Notes: generated from the letters alone by a model not told the origin. DNA of 64,000 nt from Kiritimatiellia bacterium (GCA_050949565.1 JBMNFY010000004.1:32001-96000), one strand, 5' to 3'; positions 37,626 through 48,883 are shown, counted from the first letter of the stretch. Program-made: numbers and translations.

Positions 37626-38627
37626 ATGCGGATACTGGTGACAGGAGCGGCGGGTTTTATCGGTGCCCACTTGACGGCGCGTCTGCTGCGCGACGGACAC
37701 GCGGTGACGGGCATCGATGCCTTTACGCCGTACTACGACGTGCAGTTCAAACATGACCGCTGGGCGGCGCTCGTCGGACGTGCGGTGGACGAGGGCCAAG
37801 AGGCGCGCCTGATCACATGCGATGTGTGTGATGGGGAGCGGTTGCAGGGCGTATTCGCGGAGTTTCAACCAGAGTGCGTCGTGCATCTCGCGGCACAGCC
37901 CGGCATGCGTGCGTCGCTCAATGCGCCGTTCGTCTGCCAGAAGAACAACGTGGAGGGCTTTCTCTCGTTGCTCGAGTGCTGCCGCCATGCGGCGGTTACG
38001 CCGCGTCTGGTGTATGCCTCCTCATCCTCGGTCTACGGCAACAGTGCCGTGCTGCCCTTTACAGAAGAGCAGCCTGCGGACCGGCCGGTGAGTCTCTACG
38101 CCGCCACGAAACGGGCGAATGAGCTGATGGCGCATACCTACGCGCAACTCTACGGTATCCCGTGCGTCGGTCTGCGGCTCTTCACGGCGTATGGCCCGTG
38201 GTGTCGGCCCGATATGGCGCTCTACCTGTTTGCCGACGCGCTGTCGCAGCGCCGTCCGTTGCAAGTGTTTCAGGGCGGCGACGTGAGCCGCGATTTCACC
38301 CACATCGACGATGTGGTGGAGGGCATCGTGCGCTGCATCGACATGCCGCTACACGCTCGGTATGAGCTTTTCAATGTGGGCAGCGGACGACCGGTCGTGC
38401 TGCTGAGCGCGGTCCGCCTGCTGGCGGAGAAGTTGGGTGTGACGCCGCAGATTGAGGTCGCGCCACTGCCGCCCGGCGATATCCCCGCGACGTGGGCGAG
38501 CCTCGCGCGGATTCAGGCTCGTACCGGATATCAGCCTGCCACGACGCTGGAGGAGGGTCTTGACCGGTTTGTTGCGTGGTTCCGCGCCTATGCCTTGGCG
38601 GGGGCCGGGAACGGAGTTGCGCGATGA
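37626..38627 (+). CDS. UDP-glucuronate 4-epimerase-like SDR
   Basis: [44 protein letters not shown]. Confidence 0.88.
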   Translation: MRILVTGAAGFIGAHLTARLLRDGHAVTGIDAFTPYYDVQFKHDRWAALVGRAVDEGQEARLITCDVCDGERLQGVFAEFQPECVVHLAAQPGMRASLNAPFVCQKNNVEGFLSLLECCRHAAVTPRLVYASSSSVYGNSAVLPFTEEQPADRPVSLYAATKRANELMAHTYAQLYGIPCVGLRLFTAYGPWCRPDMALYLFADALSQRRPLQVFQGGDVSRDFTHIDDVVEGIVRCIDMPLHARYELFNVGSGRPVVLLSAVRLLAEKLGVTPQIEVAPLPPGDIPATWASLARIQARTGYQPATTLEEGLDRFVAWFRAYALAGAGNGVAR

Positions 38628-39949
38628 GGTGGTGGCTCTACAACGTGTTGTTTGCTGTGGCCTACGTCGTGATGCTGCCGCATTTCCTGTTGCGCATGAA
38701 GCGGCGCGGTGGATACCGCAGCCGCATGGGCGACCGCTTCGGACGCTATCCGGCTGACGTGCTCACGCGGTTGCAACAAATGCAGGGCGCGGTCTGGATT
38801 CATGCTGTCAGCGTGGGCGAGGTCTATGTGGCGGGACAGATGATGCGGGCCATGCGGGCGCGCGAGCTCGGTCTCCGTTTTGTTTTCAGTACCACCAGTT
38901 CCACCGGATGGCGCGAAGCCGAAAAGCAGGTCGGTCCCGAGGATGTGCTCGTGTACAACCCGCTGGATTTTCCGCTCTGCGTGCGCCGGGCTCTGGCCGC
39001 GATTCGGCCGCGCGCGTTGATTCTGACGGAGTCCGAAATCTGGCCCACGTTGATCCGCGCTTGCCATCGGCGGGGCGTGCCGCTCTTTCTGATCAACGCA
39101 CGGGTCTCCGACCGCTCGGCACCCGGCTACCGTCGTCTGCGCTTCTGGTTCGGGCCGGTCTTGCGCACGTTCACCGCGATTTTAGCGCAGTCCGAGGCCG
39201 ACAAGCAACGCCTCGTGGACGCAGGTGCCGATCCGGAGCGTATCACGGTGACCGGCAGTTTCAAGTTCGACGTGGCGATCAGGAACCCCGCTAAAGAGCA
39301 GGAGGTCGCCGCGTTTCTGGCGCGGGTGGATTGTGGCCCGGCGCGTACGATACTGCTGGGCGGCTCGACATGGCCCGGTGAAGACGCGGCACTGCTCCGC
39401 ATTTACAGCCATCTCAGGACACGCCATCCGGACCTGCGCCTCGTGCTGGTGCCGCGCCACTTTGAAAAAGCCGATGCCGTGCAGGCGGAGATCGAACGCG
39501 CCGGTTTTGCATGCGTGCGGAAATCAACAGGGATGCTCCATGAACCATCCGGCGAAAATACCCGTCCGCTGTCAGATATCGATCCTGCCTCTCCGCCCGT
39601 TATTCTGGCCGACACTACGGGCGAACTGATGGGGTTTTACGGCAACGCGCAGATCGTGTTCGTGGGTAAAAGCCTATACGAGCACGGGGCGCAGAACATG
39701 ATCGAGCCCTGCCTCTGCGGCGCAGCGACGCTGGTCGGTCCGTACACCGAAAACTTCCGCCCGGTGATGTCCGATCTGCTGGCGGCCGATGCCTTGATAC
39801 AGGTGCCCGATGAAGCGACGTTGGAGCACGAGATTGAGCGTCTGATGAACGATGCAGAGGCGCGCCGCGCTCTGGGCGCCCGCGCCACGGAAGCCGTGTT
39901 GCGCCGCAAAGGGGTGGTTGACCGCTGTGCGGAGTTCATTAGTGCATGA
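38624..39949 (+). CDS. waaA: 3-deoxy-D-manno-octulosonic acid transferase
   Basis: WIHAVSVGE, PLDF, ESEIWP, INARVS, LVPRH, DTTGEL, QNMIEP. Confidence 0.93.
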   Translation: MRWWLYNVLFAVAYVVMLPHFLLRMKRRGGYRSRMGDRFGRYPADVLTRLQQMQGAVWIHAVSVGEVYVAGQMMRAMRARELGLRFVFSTTSSTGWREAEKQVGPEDVLVYNPLDFPLCVRRALAAIRPRALILTESEIWPTLIRACHRRGVPLFLINARVSDRSAPGYRRLRFWFGPVLRTFTAILAQSEADKQRLVDAGADPERITVTGSFKFDVAIRNPAKEQEVAAFLARVDCGPARTILLGGSTWPGEDAALLRIYSHLRTRHPDLRLVLVPRHFEKADAVQAEIERAGFACVRKSTGMLHEPSGENTRPLSDIDPASPPVILADTTGELMGFYGNAQIVFVGKSLYEHGAQNMIEPCLCGAATLVGPYTENFRPVMSDLLAADALIQVPDEATLEHEIERLMNDAEARRALGARATEAVLRRKGVVDRCAEFISA

Positions 39950-39979
39950 GTTCATTAGTGCATGAGTTCATTAGTGCAT
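39932..39979 (+). repeat. (GAGTTCATTAGTGCAT)x3 tandem containing the waaA stop
   Basis: Three perfect 16-nt units; TGA at 39947-39949 spans a unit junction. Confidence 0.93.
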
Positions 39980-40085
39980 TATTTTGTCGTCGCGCCGCGC
40001 ACGGCACAACAATCATGTCAATCGGGTCAGTCATGTCTAAAAAACGGGCGTTTCTTTGCGGCTGTTCTTTGCTAAACTACTTCCC

Positions 40086-41273
40086 ATGACATCTATCACT
40101 CTTCATCCTAATCGGGATTTTTCCGTAGTTCGCCGGCATCCGTGGGTTTTTTCTGGTGCGATATGCAGCGTGGACGGCGCGCCGGAACCTGGCGAAAGCG
40201 TGCGGGTCATCGCCGCCGACGGCAAGCCGCTCGGCACGGGCGCGTTTTCGCCTGCGTCGCAGATCCGCGTGCGCATGTGGTCGTTCGATCCCGAGGTCAC
40301 GGTGGATGACGCGTTTGTCAGCGACCGCATCGCGCGTGCTGTGGGTGCGCGTGCGGGGTTCTTGGGCGACGGAGCAACAAATGCTTTTCGGCTGATCAAT
40401 GCGGAAGCGGACGGTGTTCCGGGGTTGATCGCCGACCGCTATGCTGATTGGATCGTCTGCCAGTTCACGACTGTAGGGGCCGAGTACTGGAAGCGTGTGA
40501 TCGTTGACGCACTCCAGCGCTACTTCCCCTGTCGCGGCATCTACGAGCGCTCGGATATGGAGGCGCGCGCACATGAGGGGCTGCCGCAGGTTTCTGGCGT
40601 GCTGGCGGGTGAGCCGCCGCCGGAGCGGATCGAGATCGTGGAGAACGGATGCCGCTATCAGGTGGATGTGCGGGCCGGACACAAGACTGGGTTTTATCTG
40701 GATCAGCGCGAAAACCGCGAGCGTATCAAGCGGTACGCTAACGGGGGTGACGTGCTCAACGCCTTTTCCTATACGGGCGGCTTCGGGATCGCGGCGGTCG
40801 CGGCCGGTGCGGCCTCGGTCACGCATGTCGATCTCTCGGCAGAGGCATTGGCACTCGCTAAATCCAATACCGCGCTCAATACGTGTCACGTCGAGGAGTC
40901 ATCCTTCATTCAGGGCAATGTGTTCGAGGTGCTGCGTACGTTTCGCGATCAGGGACGCAGCTTCGACTTGGTGGTGCTGGACCCTCCCAAGTTTGCAGAG
41001 TCCAAGGGAAGCCTGATGAAAGCGTCGCGCGGCTACAAGGATATCAATCTGCTGGGCATCAAGCTGCTGCGTCCCGGCGGCGTGCTGGCCACATTCTCGT
41101 GTTCCGGTTTGATGACGCCGGATCTGTTCCATAAGGTCGTCGCCGACGCGGCGGTGGACGCGAAGCGTGATATTCAAGTGATCGCGCGGTTACAGCAAGC
41201 CGAGGATCATCCAGAAGGGCTCTGCTTCCCAGAAGGGCTCTATCTCAAAGGGCTCCTCTGCCGCGCGTGGTAA
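40086..41273 (+). CDS. rlmI: 23S rRNA m5C1962 methyltransferase RlmI-like
   Basis: RHPWVFSGA, EADGVPGL, GHKTGFYLDQR, FSYTGGF, LDPPKF, FSCSG, YLKG. Confidence 0.88.
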   Translation: MTSITLHPNRDFSVVRRHPWVFSGAICSVDGAPEPGESVRVIAADGKPLGTGAFSPASQIRVRMWSFDPEVTVDDAFVSDRIARAVGARAGFLGDGATNAFRLINAEADGVPGLIADRYADWIVCQFTTVGAEYWKRVIVDALQRYFPCRGIYERSDMEARAHEGLPQVSGVLAGEPPPERIEIVENGCRYQVDVRAGHKTGFYLDQRENRERIKRYANGGDVLNAFSYTGGFGIAAVAAGAASVTHVDLSAEALALAKSNTALNTCHVEESSFIQGNVFEVLRTFRDQGRSFDLVVLDPPKFAESKGSLMKASRGYKDINLLGIKLLRPGGVLATFSCSGLMTPDLFHKVVADAAVDAKRDIQVIARLQQAEDHPEGLCFPEGLYLKGLLCRAW

Positions 41274-41291
41274 GGGGAGAAGGGGGAATCG

Positions 41292-42047
41292 ATGACGTTG
41301 ACGTTGGTTATACCGGTTTACAAGGAGCATCTCAGGTTCGAGAGTTCGCTGCGGCAGATCGTCGCGTTTATGGCGGAGGAGAAGGCGCAGGGGGTTGAGA
41401 TCGACGTGGTTTTTGTGGACGACGGATCGCCCGAGGCGAGCGCGGCGGTCATCAACGATTTGATTTCCGACCGTAACGATCCCCGCATGCGGTTGCTCCG
41501 CTATGCGGTGAATCAAGGTAAGGGGTATGCGGTTCGCACTGGTATCTTGGCCGCTGGCGGCGAGTTGATATTGATGTCGGACGCGGATTTGTCGACCCCG
41601 CTGCAGGACTGGCGCAAGCTCAAGGATGCGCTGGACGCAGGCGCGGACATTGCTTGCGGTTCGCGCGCGGTGCGCGGTGCGCACATCGGCAAGCCGCCGC
41701 CGTTTCATCGGCGTGTGCTGAGCCGCATCTTCAATTTGCTGGTCCGTTTGGCCGGTGTCCATAACTTCAAAGACACGCAGTGCGGCTTCAAGCTCTTCCG
41801 TGCCGAGCCTGCAAAAATCATCTTTGAAAGGATGCGTACGCGACGCTTCGCGTTTGATGTCGAGATGATTGCCATGGCGCGGGATCTGGGCTACAACGTG
41901 GCAGAGGTGCCGGTGCGCTGGGACTACAGCGGGCACTCTACGGTGAAGGTGTTTTCGAGTGGCAGTCGCATGTTGATTGACCTGTTGCGCCTGGCCGTGC
42001 GGCGATGGATATTCGGGCGGACGAAAGCGCGGCGCGCGGAACGCTGA
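41292..42047 (+). CDS. GT2 glycosyltransferase (dolichyl-phosphate beta-glucosyltransferase-like)
   Basis: VDDGS, NQGKGYAV, DADLS, DTQCGFKLF, FAFDVE. Confidence 0.9.
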   Translation: MTLTLVIPVYKEHLRFESSLRQIVAFMAEEKAQGVEIDVVFVDDGSPEASAAVINDLISDRNDPRMRLLRYAVNQGKGYAVRTGILAAGGELILMSDADLSTPLQDWRKLKDALDAGADIACGSRAVRGAHIGKPPPFHRRVLSRIFNLLVRLAGVHNFKDTQCGFKLFRAEPAKIIFERMRTRRFAFDVEMIAMARDLGYNVAEVPVRWDYSGHSTVKVFSSGSRMLIDLLRLAVRRWIFGRTKARRAER

Positions 42048-42063
42048 GACGCGCGGGGCGCGA

Positions 42064-42215
42064 TTTGGGATTTAGGATTTAGGAGTTAGGAGTTTAACGC
42101 AGAGACGCAGAGATTTTTGGGAGGGTGCTGCTCGGTTGTTTCACGCGATGGAAAACTTTGTGGCCTTCGTGGCCTTTGTGTGAGATTGAATTGGGTTGCG
42201 GGCTGCGCCCGCGTT
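42064..42215. repeat. Layered repeat mosaic: TTTAGGA heptamers, CGCAGAGA octamers, then CTTTGTG nonamers with a tail shared with 31546-31593
   Basis: Read directly; ctttgtgtgagattg.attgggt.gcgggct.cgcc occurs at both sites. Confidence 0.85.
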
Positions 42216-42252
42216 GGTTGTCAACACGCAATCGGGAGGGACGAAGAAGAGT

Positions 42253-45200
42253 ATGAAGAAATGCTTGGTGTGGAGTGCTGTTTTTTTGGCCGGGATCGCA
42301 AGTGCGGCCGGTATCGTTGAGGGAGAGAAGTCGCTGCCGCTCGTCCAGGATGTGGATGTGGTGGTGATCGGCGGTTCGTCCGGTGCCGTGGCGGCGGCGC
42401 TCAAAGCGGCGGAGGCCGGTGCCAAGGTTTTTGTGGCCGCGCCGCGGCCCTATCTCGGTGAGGATATGGCGGGTAAGCTCAGGTTGCGGCTCGCCAGTGA
42501 CGATGACACCCGTTGTGGGCTGATCACGAAGATGTTCATGCCGGAAAAGCGCCGTCCTGAGTCGTTGCCCTTCACGTACAAGGCCGACAAGGTATCGGCC
42601 GCAGCGCACAAGGATATCGACGGCAAGATGTTGGCGGACGGCAAGTGGACTGACGCGCCTATCCACAGTGTGCAGTTTGAGGAGGATGTCTCGTTCGAGC
42701 TGGATCTAGGGGCTGTGGTTGAACTGGGTTCATTTGTCGCTGCGGTTTTTCATCGCGAGTGGGGGTCGGGCTTTGCGACCGCCAAAATCCGCGTGTCTGG
42801 TAGTCAGGATAAACAAAGCTGGAAGGTGCTGGGCGAGACAACGGAGCGCGTGAGAGAGTTGGAGCCGGAGTGTGCGACTTTCACCCTGCCGCTGGTCGGC
42901 AAACACCGCTACCTTAAGGTCGATGCGATACTCGACGCCAGCATGAAGCGGCAGTTGCTCGGTGAGTTCTACGTGTATCCGGCCAAGGAGTCGGCGGCCG
43001 GCCAAGGAATCGCCGATCAGACGTCGCCGTTGAAAGTCAAGAAGACGTTGGATACGGCGCTGCTGAAGGCTGGTGTGCCCTTCCTTACCGGTACGCACGC
43101 GACCGAACCGCTGATCGACAGCGCCGGCAAGCTGTCGGGGGTGGTGATCGCAAACCGCAGCGGACGCCAAGCGATCAAAGCCAAAGTGGTGATCGATGCC
43201 ACGGAGCGCGGTCTAATGGCGCGGGCGGCGGGTGGTCAGGCAACGCCTTTCCCAGCCGGCACCTACACCTTCAAGCGCGTTGTGGTGGCGGGCGAGGCCC
43301 CGCGTGCCGAGGGTCTGCGCGTCAAAGAGCTGTTCGGTCTCTACGATGCGCGCATTACCGGCATTAAGCCGCCCAAAGGCTCACCTGAGTCAATTGCGGG
43401 CCGAATGTTCGAGTGCGAGATTGATCTGCCGATGAAGGATGGTTCTGCTCGTTCGTTTGCCGAGGCGGAGCAGAAGGCGCGTGACCTGACCTTCGTGCCA
43501 AGCCAGTTGGAGTCGGCCGATACGCTGTCGCTGGTGCACCCCGACCGCATCCAGGGTCAGGCGTCATCGCAGGCGCCTTGGCCTGGTGCCGATGCGATTG
43601 ACCTGAAGGCCTTTCAGCCGGCGGGTACGGAGTTCCTGTTTGTGCTGAGTGCCATGGCCGATCTGTCGCGGCAGGCGGCCGAGCAACTGATGAAGCCCGG
43701 CAACCTGATGGCCGTGGGTGAGCGTCTGGGAACGGAAGCCGCCAAGCTGGCGGCGCGCCGCCCGGCTCTGGGCAACGTGCGTGTGGCTGGCGGGAAGCTG
43801 TCCGCGCCGCGTACCGCCGTGAAAGTTGGCGAACACTCTAGAACCCTGCCGCCCTACCTGTCGAACACCTCCGGTTCTGTCACGGCGGAAGCGCGCGAGC
43901 TGCCGGTGCTGGCCGAGTGCGATGTTATGGTGGCCGGTGCCGGCACCGGCGGAGGGCCGGCGGGTATCGCCGCCGCGCGCCACGGTGCACGTACGATCGT
44001 GTGCGAATACATCTACCAGATGGGTGGCGTGCAGACCGATGGCCTGATCGGCATCTACTACTGGGGCAACCGCGTGGGCTTCACCAGCGTGATTGATCAG
44101 GGCGTGAAGGAGACAGGTCTTGTTTTTTCGCAGAGCAAGTCCGAGTGGTACCGCAGTCAGAACCGCAAGGCCGGCGCCGAAATCTGGTACGGCACGATGG
44201 TGACCGGCGTGGTGGTCGAGAACGGCGCGGTGACCGGCGTGGTGGTGGTGACGCCGGATGGCGAGCGTGGTGTGATCCGCTGCAAGGTGGCGATCGACGG
44301 TACCGGCAACGCCGAGTTGGCCGCGCTGGCGGGCGAGGAGACGGAGTTTATCACGGCCGACGAACTCGTGCTGCAAGGGGTGGGAATGACACCGCGCCTG
44401 ATGGGCGCCAGTTACACGAATACCGACATCGGTTTCGTGGACGACACTGACGCCGCCGACCTCTGCTTCTTTGCGCTGCGCTCTCGTTACAGCATGCGCG
44501 AGGGGATCTGGGACCAGGCGCAGGTCATCAACAGCCGCGAGCGCCGCCGCCTGATCGGCGCGTTCTACATGACGCCGCTCGACGTCGTGAACGAGCGCAC
44601 CTACCCCGATGTGATCGTGCAGCCGTACAGTAACTTTGACTCGCACGGCCACACCGTGCACGAGCAGTTTTTCATTGAAGATCCGGGGCACCACGGTATG
44701 CGGGTCAACCTGCCCTATCGCTGTCTGCTGCCGAAGAAACTGGAGGGCCTGCTGGTGACGGGGCTCGGCATCAGCGCCCACCGCGATGCCATGCCGATCC
44801 TGCGTATGCAGCCGGACGTGCAGAATCAGGGTTACGCGGCTGGCACCGCCGCCGCGATGGCCATCAAGGCCGGCGTCACGGTGCGCAAGGTGGATATGAA
44901 GGCGCTGCAGCGGCATCTGGTCGAGATGAAGATCGTGCCGTCGGAGGTGCTGACCATGAAGGACTCTTTCCCGCTGCCGGATTCGCGTTTTGCGGAAGCG
45001 GTGAAGAGCCTGCCCGACGCCTATCAAGGGCTCGGCGTGGTGATGACCGATGCCGCGCGTAGCGTGCCGCTGATGAAGGCGGCCTTCAAACAGGCGAGCA
45101 AGCCCGAGGAGCGTTTCGTCTATGCCCACGTTTTGGCCATGATGGGACATGCGGACGGCGAGCGTGACCTGATCGAAAAGGTGGAGGCGATCGAGTGGGA

Positions 45201-45678
45201 CAAGGGCTGGAACTTCCGCGGCATGGGGCAGTTCAACCGTAGCGTGAGCTGGGTGGACAGCTACATTATCGCGCTGGGTCGCGCCCGTTCCAAGCAGGCG
45301 GTTGCCGCGATCATTCGGAAGGCGAATGCGCTCGACGCTTCCCACGAGTTTTCTCACTTCCGTGCCGTGGCTATGGCGCTGGAGGCGATCGGTGACCGTT
45401 CGGCGGCGCCTGTGCTGGGTGCGCTGCTCGCCAAAGAGGGCGTGGGCGGCTACTCATTTACGATGCAGGCCGACCTGCCGGTGATCAAGAACTACTCGAA
45501 CCGTGAAGGCGACATCGAGCGCTCCAATTGTCTGCGTGAACTCTCGGTGGCGCGCGCCTTGTACCGTTTGGGTGATCATCAGGGCCTAGGCGAAAAGACG
45601 TTGCGCGCCTATGCGCATGATCCGCGCGGCGCGTACGCGACGCACGCGACGCTTGTGTTGGAAGAGGGGAGAAAATAG
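42253..45678 (+). CDS. Exported FAD-dependent oxidoreductase (tandem FAD modules, F5/8-like insert, helical-repeat tail)
   Basis: Signal peptide; DVVVIGGSSG and DVMVAGAGTGG; VIDAT/AIDGTG; LPYRCLLPK. Confidence 0.85.
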   Translation: MKKCLVWSAVFLAGIASAAGIVEGEKSLPLVQDVDVVVIGGSSGAVAAALKAAEAGAKVFVAAPRPYLGEDMAGKLRLRLASDDDTRCGLITKMFMPEKRRPESLPFTYKADKVSAAAHKDIDGKMLADGKWTDAPIHSVQFEEDVSFELDLGAVVELGSFVAAVFHREWGSGFATAKIRVSGSQDKQSWKVLGETTERVRELEPECATFTLPLVGKHRYLKVDAILDASMKRQLLGEFYVYPAKESAAGQGIADQTSPLKVKKTLDTALLKAGVPFLTGTHATEPLIDSAGKLSGVVIANRSGRQAIKAKVVIDATERGLMARAAGGQATPFPAGTYTFKRVVVAGEAPRAEGLRVKELFGLYDARITGIKPPKGSPESIAGRMFECEIDLPMKDGSARSFAEAEQKARDLTFVPSQLESADTLSLVHPDRIQGQASSQAPWPGADAIDLKAFQPAGTEFLFVLSAMADLSRQAAEQLMKPGNLMAVGERLGTEAAKLAARRPALGNVRVAGGKLSAPRTAVKVGEHSRTLPPYLSNTSGSVTAEARELPVLAECDVMVAGAGTGGGPAGIAAARHGARTIVCEYIYQMGGVQTDGLIGIYYWGNRVGFTSVIDQGVKETGLVFSQSKSEWYRSQNRKAGAEIWYGTMVTGVVVENGAVTGVVVVTPDGERGVIRCKVAIDGTGNAELAALAGEETEFITADELVLQGVGMTPRLMGASYTNTDIGFVDDTDAADLCFFALRSRYSMREGIWDQAQVINSRERRRLIGAFYMTPLDVVNERTYPDVIVQPYSNFDSHGHTVHEQFFIEDPGHHGMRVNLPYRCLLPKKLEGLLVTGLGISAHRDAMPILRMQPDVQNQGYAAGTAAAMAIKAGVTVRKVDMKALQRHLVEMKIVPSEVLTMKDSFPLPDSRFAEAVKSLPDAYQGLGVVMTDAARSVPLMKAAFKQASKPEERFVYAHVLAMMGHADGERDLIEKVEAIEWDKGWNFRGMGQFNRSVSWVDSYIIALGRARSKQAVAAIIRKANALDASHEFSHFRAVAMALEAIGDRSAAPVLGALLAKEGVGGYSFTMQADLPVIKNYSNREGDIERSNCLRELSVARALYRLGDHQGLGEKTLRAYAHDPRGAYATHATLVLEEGRK

Positions 45679-45688
45679 TGGCGAAACC

Positions 45689-48600
45689 CTATTCGGACTC
45701 GACCAGCACGCGGAACCCGACATCGTAGACCCGTTGCCACGGAGCATACGGCACGCGCGCCGCGAAGGTGGCGTAGCGCGGGCGTTTCCACCATGAACCG
45801 CCGCGAGCGATTGCGCGCCCATCCGGCAGCCGGTCTGTGGTCCACTCCCAGACGTTGCCGTGTACGTCGCGCAGGCCCCAGGCGTTGGGAGCGAAGCGGC
45901 CAACCGGCGACGAGACGCGGAAGCCGTCCGACACGTTGGTGATGGCCGGTCGCCATGCCGGGATGGCTGCGCCGGGCATGTTGCCGCGCAGCCGTTCCAT
46001 CTTGTGGAACACGGCGTCGGCCAAGTTGGCGTGTGCGCTGAAGTCTGCGTCAACCGCGCCGTATGACATCGGTGTGGCGGCGCCCGCGCGCGCGGCCCAC
46101 TCCCATTCGTCGCCGCTCGGCAAGCGCACGCGCAAACCGCTGCGCTGCGCGGCGAAACGACAGAAGGCGGAGGCGGCATCGAACGACACGCGGCAGACTG
46201 GCTGCGTCGGTGTGTTGAGCGGATAGCCGCGCTCTTCCTGCGTGAACTGCATGTATTCGCCCCGCTCCAGGAAGCTGTCGTGATGCGGGTCAAAGCGCGC
46301 GTACTGTTCGTTGGTCACTTCGTCTACACTGATCCAGAATGGTTGCTTGATCGTGACATGGCGTCCGTCGGCGGCGGCGTAGGCGCCGGCCGGGATGCGC
46401 GTCAGCGTGAGTGAGACGCCGTCGCCCAAATCGAGCGTGCGCGTGACCGCGCCAAGCGCTTGTTGCTTGGCGCGAGCGGCGGCCGCGTCGAAGGGCCACC
46501 CCGGCACGGCAGGTGCAGGCGGAGGCGGGGGCGGCGGATCTCCAGGCGGCAACGCCGGAGCGGCCAATTTAGCGACGCCGTACGTGACTTCGTGTGCCTC
46601 GTCCAAGTTGGCGTAGCGGCGCTGCATTTCCGCGCGGCGTTCGGCGACCCGTCCCATGCGCTTGGCACCGACGTTCTCGCTCCATGTGCCGTGATTGGGA
46701 CGGTTCATGTCGATCCAGGTGGTCAGCCGGTCCCACGATTCTGCGTCTAGGCGCACGCCGTGGTGATTGGCCTCAAGGATCTGAAACAGTTCGGTCGTTG
46801 ACACATGGAAGTTGCAGGGCGTCTGCAAGTGGTTGTCGCCTTCCTGAGTCTGACTGCGGATGTAGGCGCAGAGCGCTAGGTAAGCCGGCGGGAAAAGATT
46901 GTTCGCGTTGATGTAGTAGACCTCCTTGGTCTTGATGGAGACGCCGGGACGCAACGTGAAATCGGGGCGGCCGGCACGACCGTCGTGGCAACGCACGCAA
47001 TAGCGGTCCAGCACGGGTTGCACCTCACGGTTGAAGGCGACGCCGCGTTCGGGGCCGTACCACGGCTGGATCTGCGAGGGCGGCCGCTCCATGGCCTGCA
47101 TGCGACGCGTCGAGCCGATGCTGCTGTTTTGCGGCTCGTGGCAGCCGGAGCAGGATTGCAGTTCGCCGGGCATGACCGTCAGCCAACTCCGCATCAGTTG
47201 TAGCGCGCGTCCCTGTTCGTCGAGCGGTTGGAGTGAGATCGGCGTGTTTGCCGGCACCTCGAAATAGGCCGATCCGTCTGACTCGACCGGCACGGTGCCC
47301 ATGATGCGCACTACATCCCACGGACCGTCGAAGCCGACGCGGTCGGTCTCGGAGCCCATGCCGCGGTAGGCGTAGGAGTAGGTCATCAACCGCAGTGATT
47401 TGACGGTGCCGCGCGGCACACCGGCAAGGCCGGGGCCTTCGTAGATGTCCACGACTTTGACCCGCCCGTGTTTTTCCGCAAGATTCACATGGTCTTGCAA
47501 CACGACTGGTCGCGGAATCGGCTGGACTGGAATCGGCTCGAAGAGGGCTTGCCCCGGCTCCTCATGGATGAGCGTGATGTTGTCGAAGGTATCAACGAGA
47601 TACAAGCCCCACAGCGCATCGGGCTCCGGTTTGCAAGCGGTGAGGATGTAACCGCCGCCTAACGGCCAAGGGTGCAGAAACTTGGGCCATGAGTCATCGA
47701 CCAATTCGTCCTTGACTCGGTTTTCGACCGGCTGACCGCGACCGGGGATGCGCTGAATCACGCCTTGTGTTTCGCGCCGTCCCATTGCGGGGTCGAACAT
47801 CACCAGTTCGCCCATGCGTGGCACGCCATGGTGACCCGAAACGATGGCGGTGAAGCGACGAGGGTCTCCGGGAACGGGGCGCGCGTAGAAGAGCGCGTTG
47901 GGCCAGTAGCAGTTACTGCCGTACAGTTCGCGCTGGCCGGTGCCGTCGGGATTTAGGGTGAAGAGCAGACGCGAGACATAATGTACGATGCCGCTGTACT
48001 CCCAGCGCAGGTACATGATGCGCCCGTCCGGCATCTGCGTGGGATACCAGTTGTGGTCTTGGTCGAAGGTCAGCCGACGGATCGAGCCGTCAGCAGGCAT
48101 CCAGCGGTAGAGCGCAGCAACGTACGAGGAGCCGACCACACACGGCACACCGATAAACGTGGCGTTGGAGAGAAAGATCACCGAGTCGTCGGCCAGCCAG
48201 CAACCGGCGTAGTTGTCGACATCATCGTCCGGAATGAAGGGGAACATCTTGGGCTGTGCTGGCGCGGCGAGGTCCAACTCATAGACGCGGTGCAGGCGCT
48301 TTTCATTTTCGCCGGTGAACATCAAACGGTGCGCGTCCCAGTGGAGTTGCAGATCGCCGATGTAGGTGCCGGGCTCGGCACGATGCAGCGAGGTCACCGT
48401 TGGTGTGTCGCGCAGACCGGTAAGAAATGCGATTTCGTTGGTGAGTCCTCTGCGGTTGACATCGCGTTGCTGCTGCCAATTCTGCGGCAGAGCCAGATTG
48501 TTGGCCCCGCGACGTATCAGCAAGAACCGGTCGGCATCCAGCAACGGATTGGCCAGCAGTGCGGAGCGGACCTGCCGCACCAGTGCGTCGGCTTCTGCAA

Positions 48601-48883
48601 CTGCGGCGGGGTCCTGCTTGTCAAGGCGCTCCATGAACGCATCGCGGCGCGTGCCGAGAGTTGCGCACCATGCGCGGTCCGTCTGACCGCAACGTTGCGG
48701 CCAGCGAGCAGCCATGTCCTCCAGCGCCAGCCGTACTGCTTCCGGTTGGATGCGGGCGAGACGGCGACGCACCTCTGCCGGTTGGATGACGGGTTCAGCC
48801 GCATGGCACGCGAATGCGGTCAGCATGACCAAAAGTGGCGGGATGCGTTTCACGAGAGTCCCCTTTTTAAGTGTAGTGTCCAT
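45689..48883 (-). CDS. HzsA-middle-domain-like beta-propeller/c-type heme protein fused to an FGE-sulfatase (SUMF1) domain
   Basis: YLRWEY, GTVPVESDGSAYFEVPA..LQPLD, CSGCHE, CVRCHD; RLPSGDEWEWAARAG, NAWGLRDVHGNVWEW, GFRV. Confidence 0.85.
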   Translation of the reverse strand: MDTTLKKGTLVKRIPPLLVMLTAFACHAAEPVIQPAEVRRRLARIQPEAVRLALEDMAARWPQRCGQTDRAWCATLGTRRDAFMERLDKQDPAAVAEADALVRQVRSALLANPLLDADRFLLIRRGANNLALPQNWQQQRDVNRRGLTNEIAFLTGLRDTPTVTSLHRAEPGTYIGDLQLHWDAHRLMFTGENEKRLHRVYELDLAAPAQPKMFPFIPDDDVDNYAGCWLADDSVIFLSNATFIGVPCVVGSSYVAALYRWMPADGSIRRLTFDQDHNWYPTQMPDGRIMYLRWEYSGIVHYVSRLLFTLNPDGTGQRELYGSNCYWPNALFYARPVPGDPRRFTAIVSGHHGVPRMGELVMFDPAMGRRETQGVIQRIPGRGQPVENRVKDELVDDSWPKFLHPWPLGGGYILTACKPEPDALWGLYLVDTFDNITLIHEEPGQALFEPIPVQPIPRPVVLQDHVNLAEKHGRVKVVDIYEGPGLAGVPRGTVKSLRLMTYSYAYRGMGSETDRVGFDGPWDVVRIMGTVPVESDGSAYFEVPANTPISLQPLDEQGRALQLMRSWLTVMPGELQSCSGCHEPQNSSIGSTRRMQAMERPPSQIQPWYGPERGVAFNREVQPVLDRYCVRCHDGRAGRPDFTLRPGVSIKTKEVYYINANNLFPPAYLALCAYIRSQTQEGDNHLQTPCNFHVSTTELFQILEANHHGVRLDAESWDRLTTWIDMNRPNHGTWSENVGAKRMGRVAERRAEMQRRYANLDEAHEVTYGVAKLAAPALPPGDPPPPPPPAPAVPGWPFDAAAARAKQQALGAVTRTLDLGDGVSLTLTRIPAGAYAAADGRHVTIKQPFWISVDEVTNEQYARFDPHHDSFLERGEYMQFTQEERGYPLNTPTQPVCRVSFDAASAFCRFAAQRSGLRVRLPSGDEWEWAARAGAATPMSYGAVDADFSAHANLADAVFHKMERLRGNMPGAAIPAWRPAITNVSDGFRVSSPVGRFAPNAWGLRDVHGNVWEWTTDRLPDGRAIARGGSWWKRPRYATFAARVPYAPWQRVYDVGFRVLVESE

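Noticed and set aside
45689-48883. Anammox hydrazine synthase
   Set aside because: Only an HzsA-like domain fused to an FGE domain; no hzsB/C or other anammox genes
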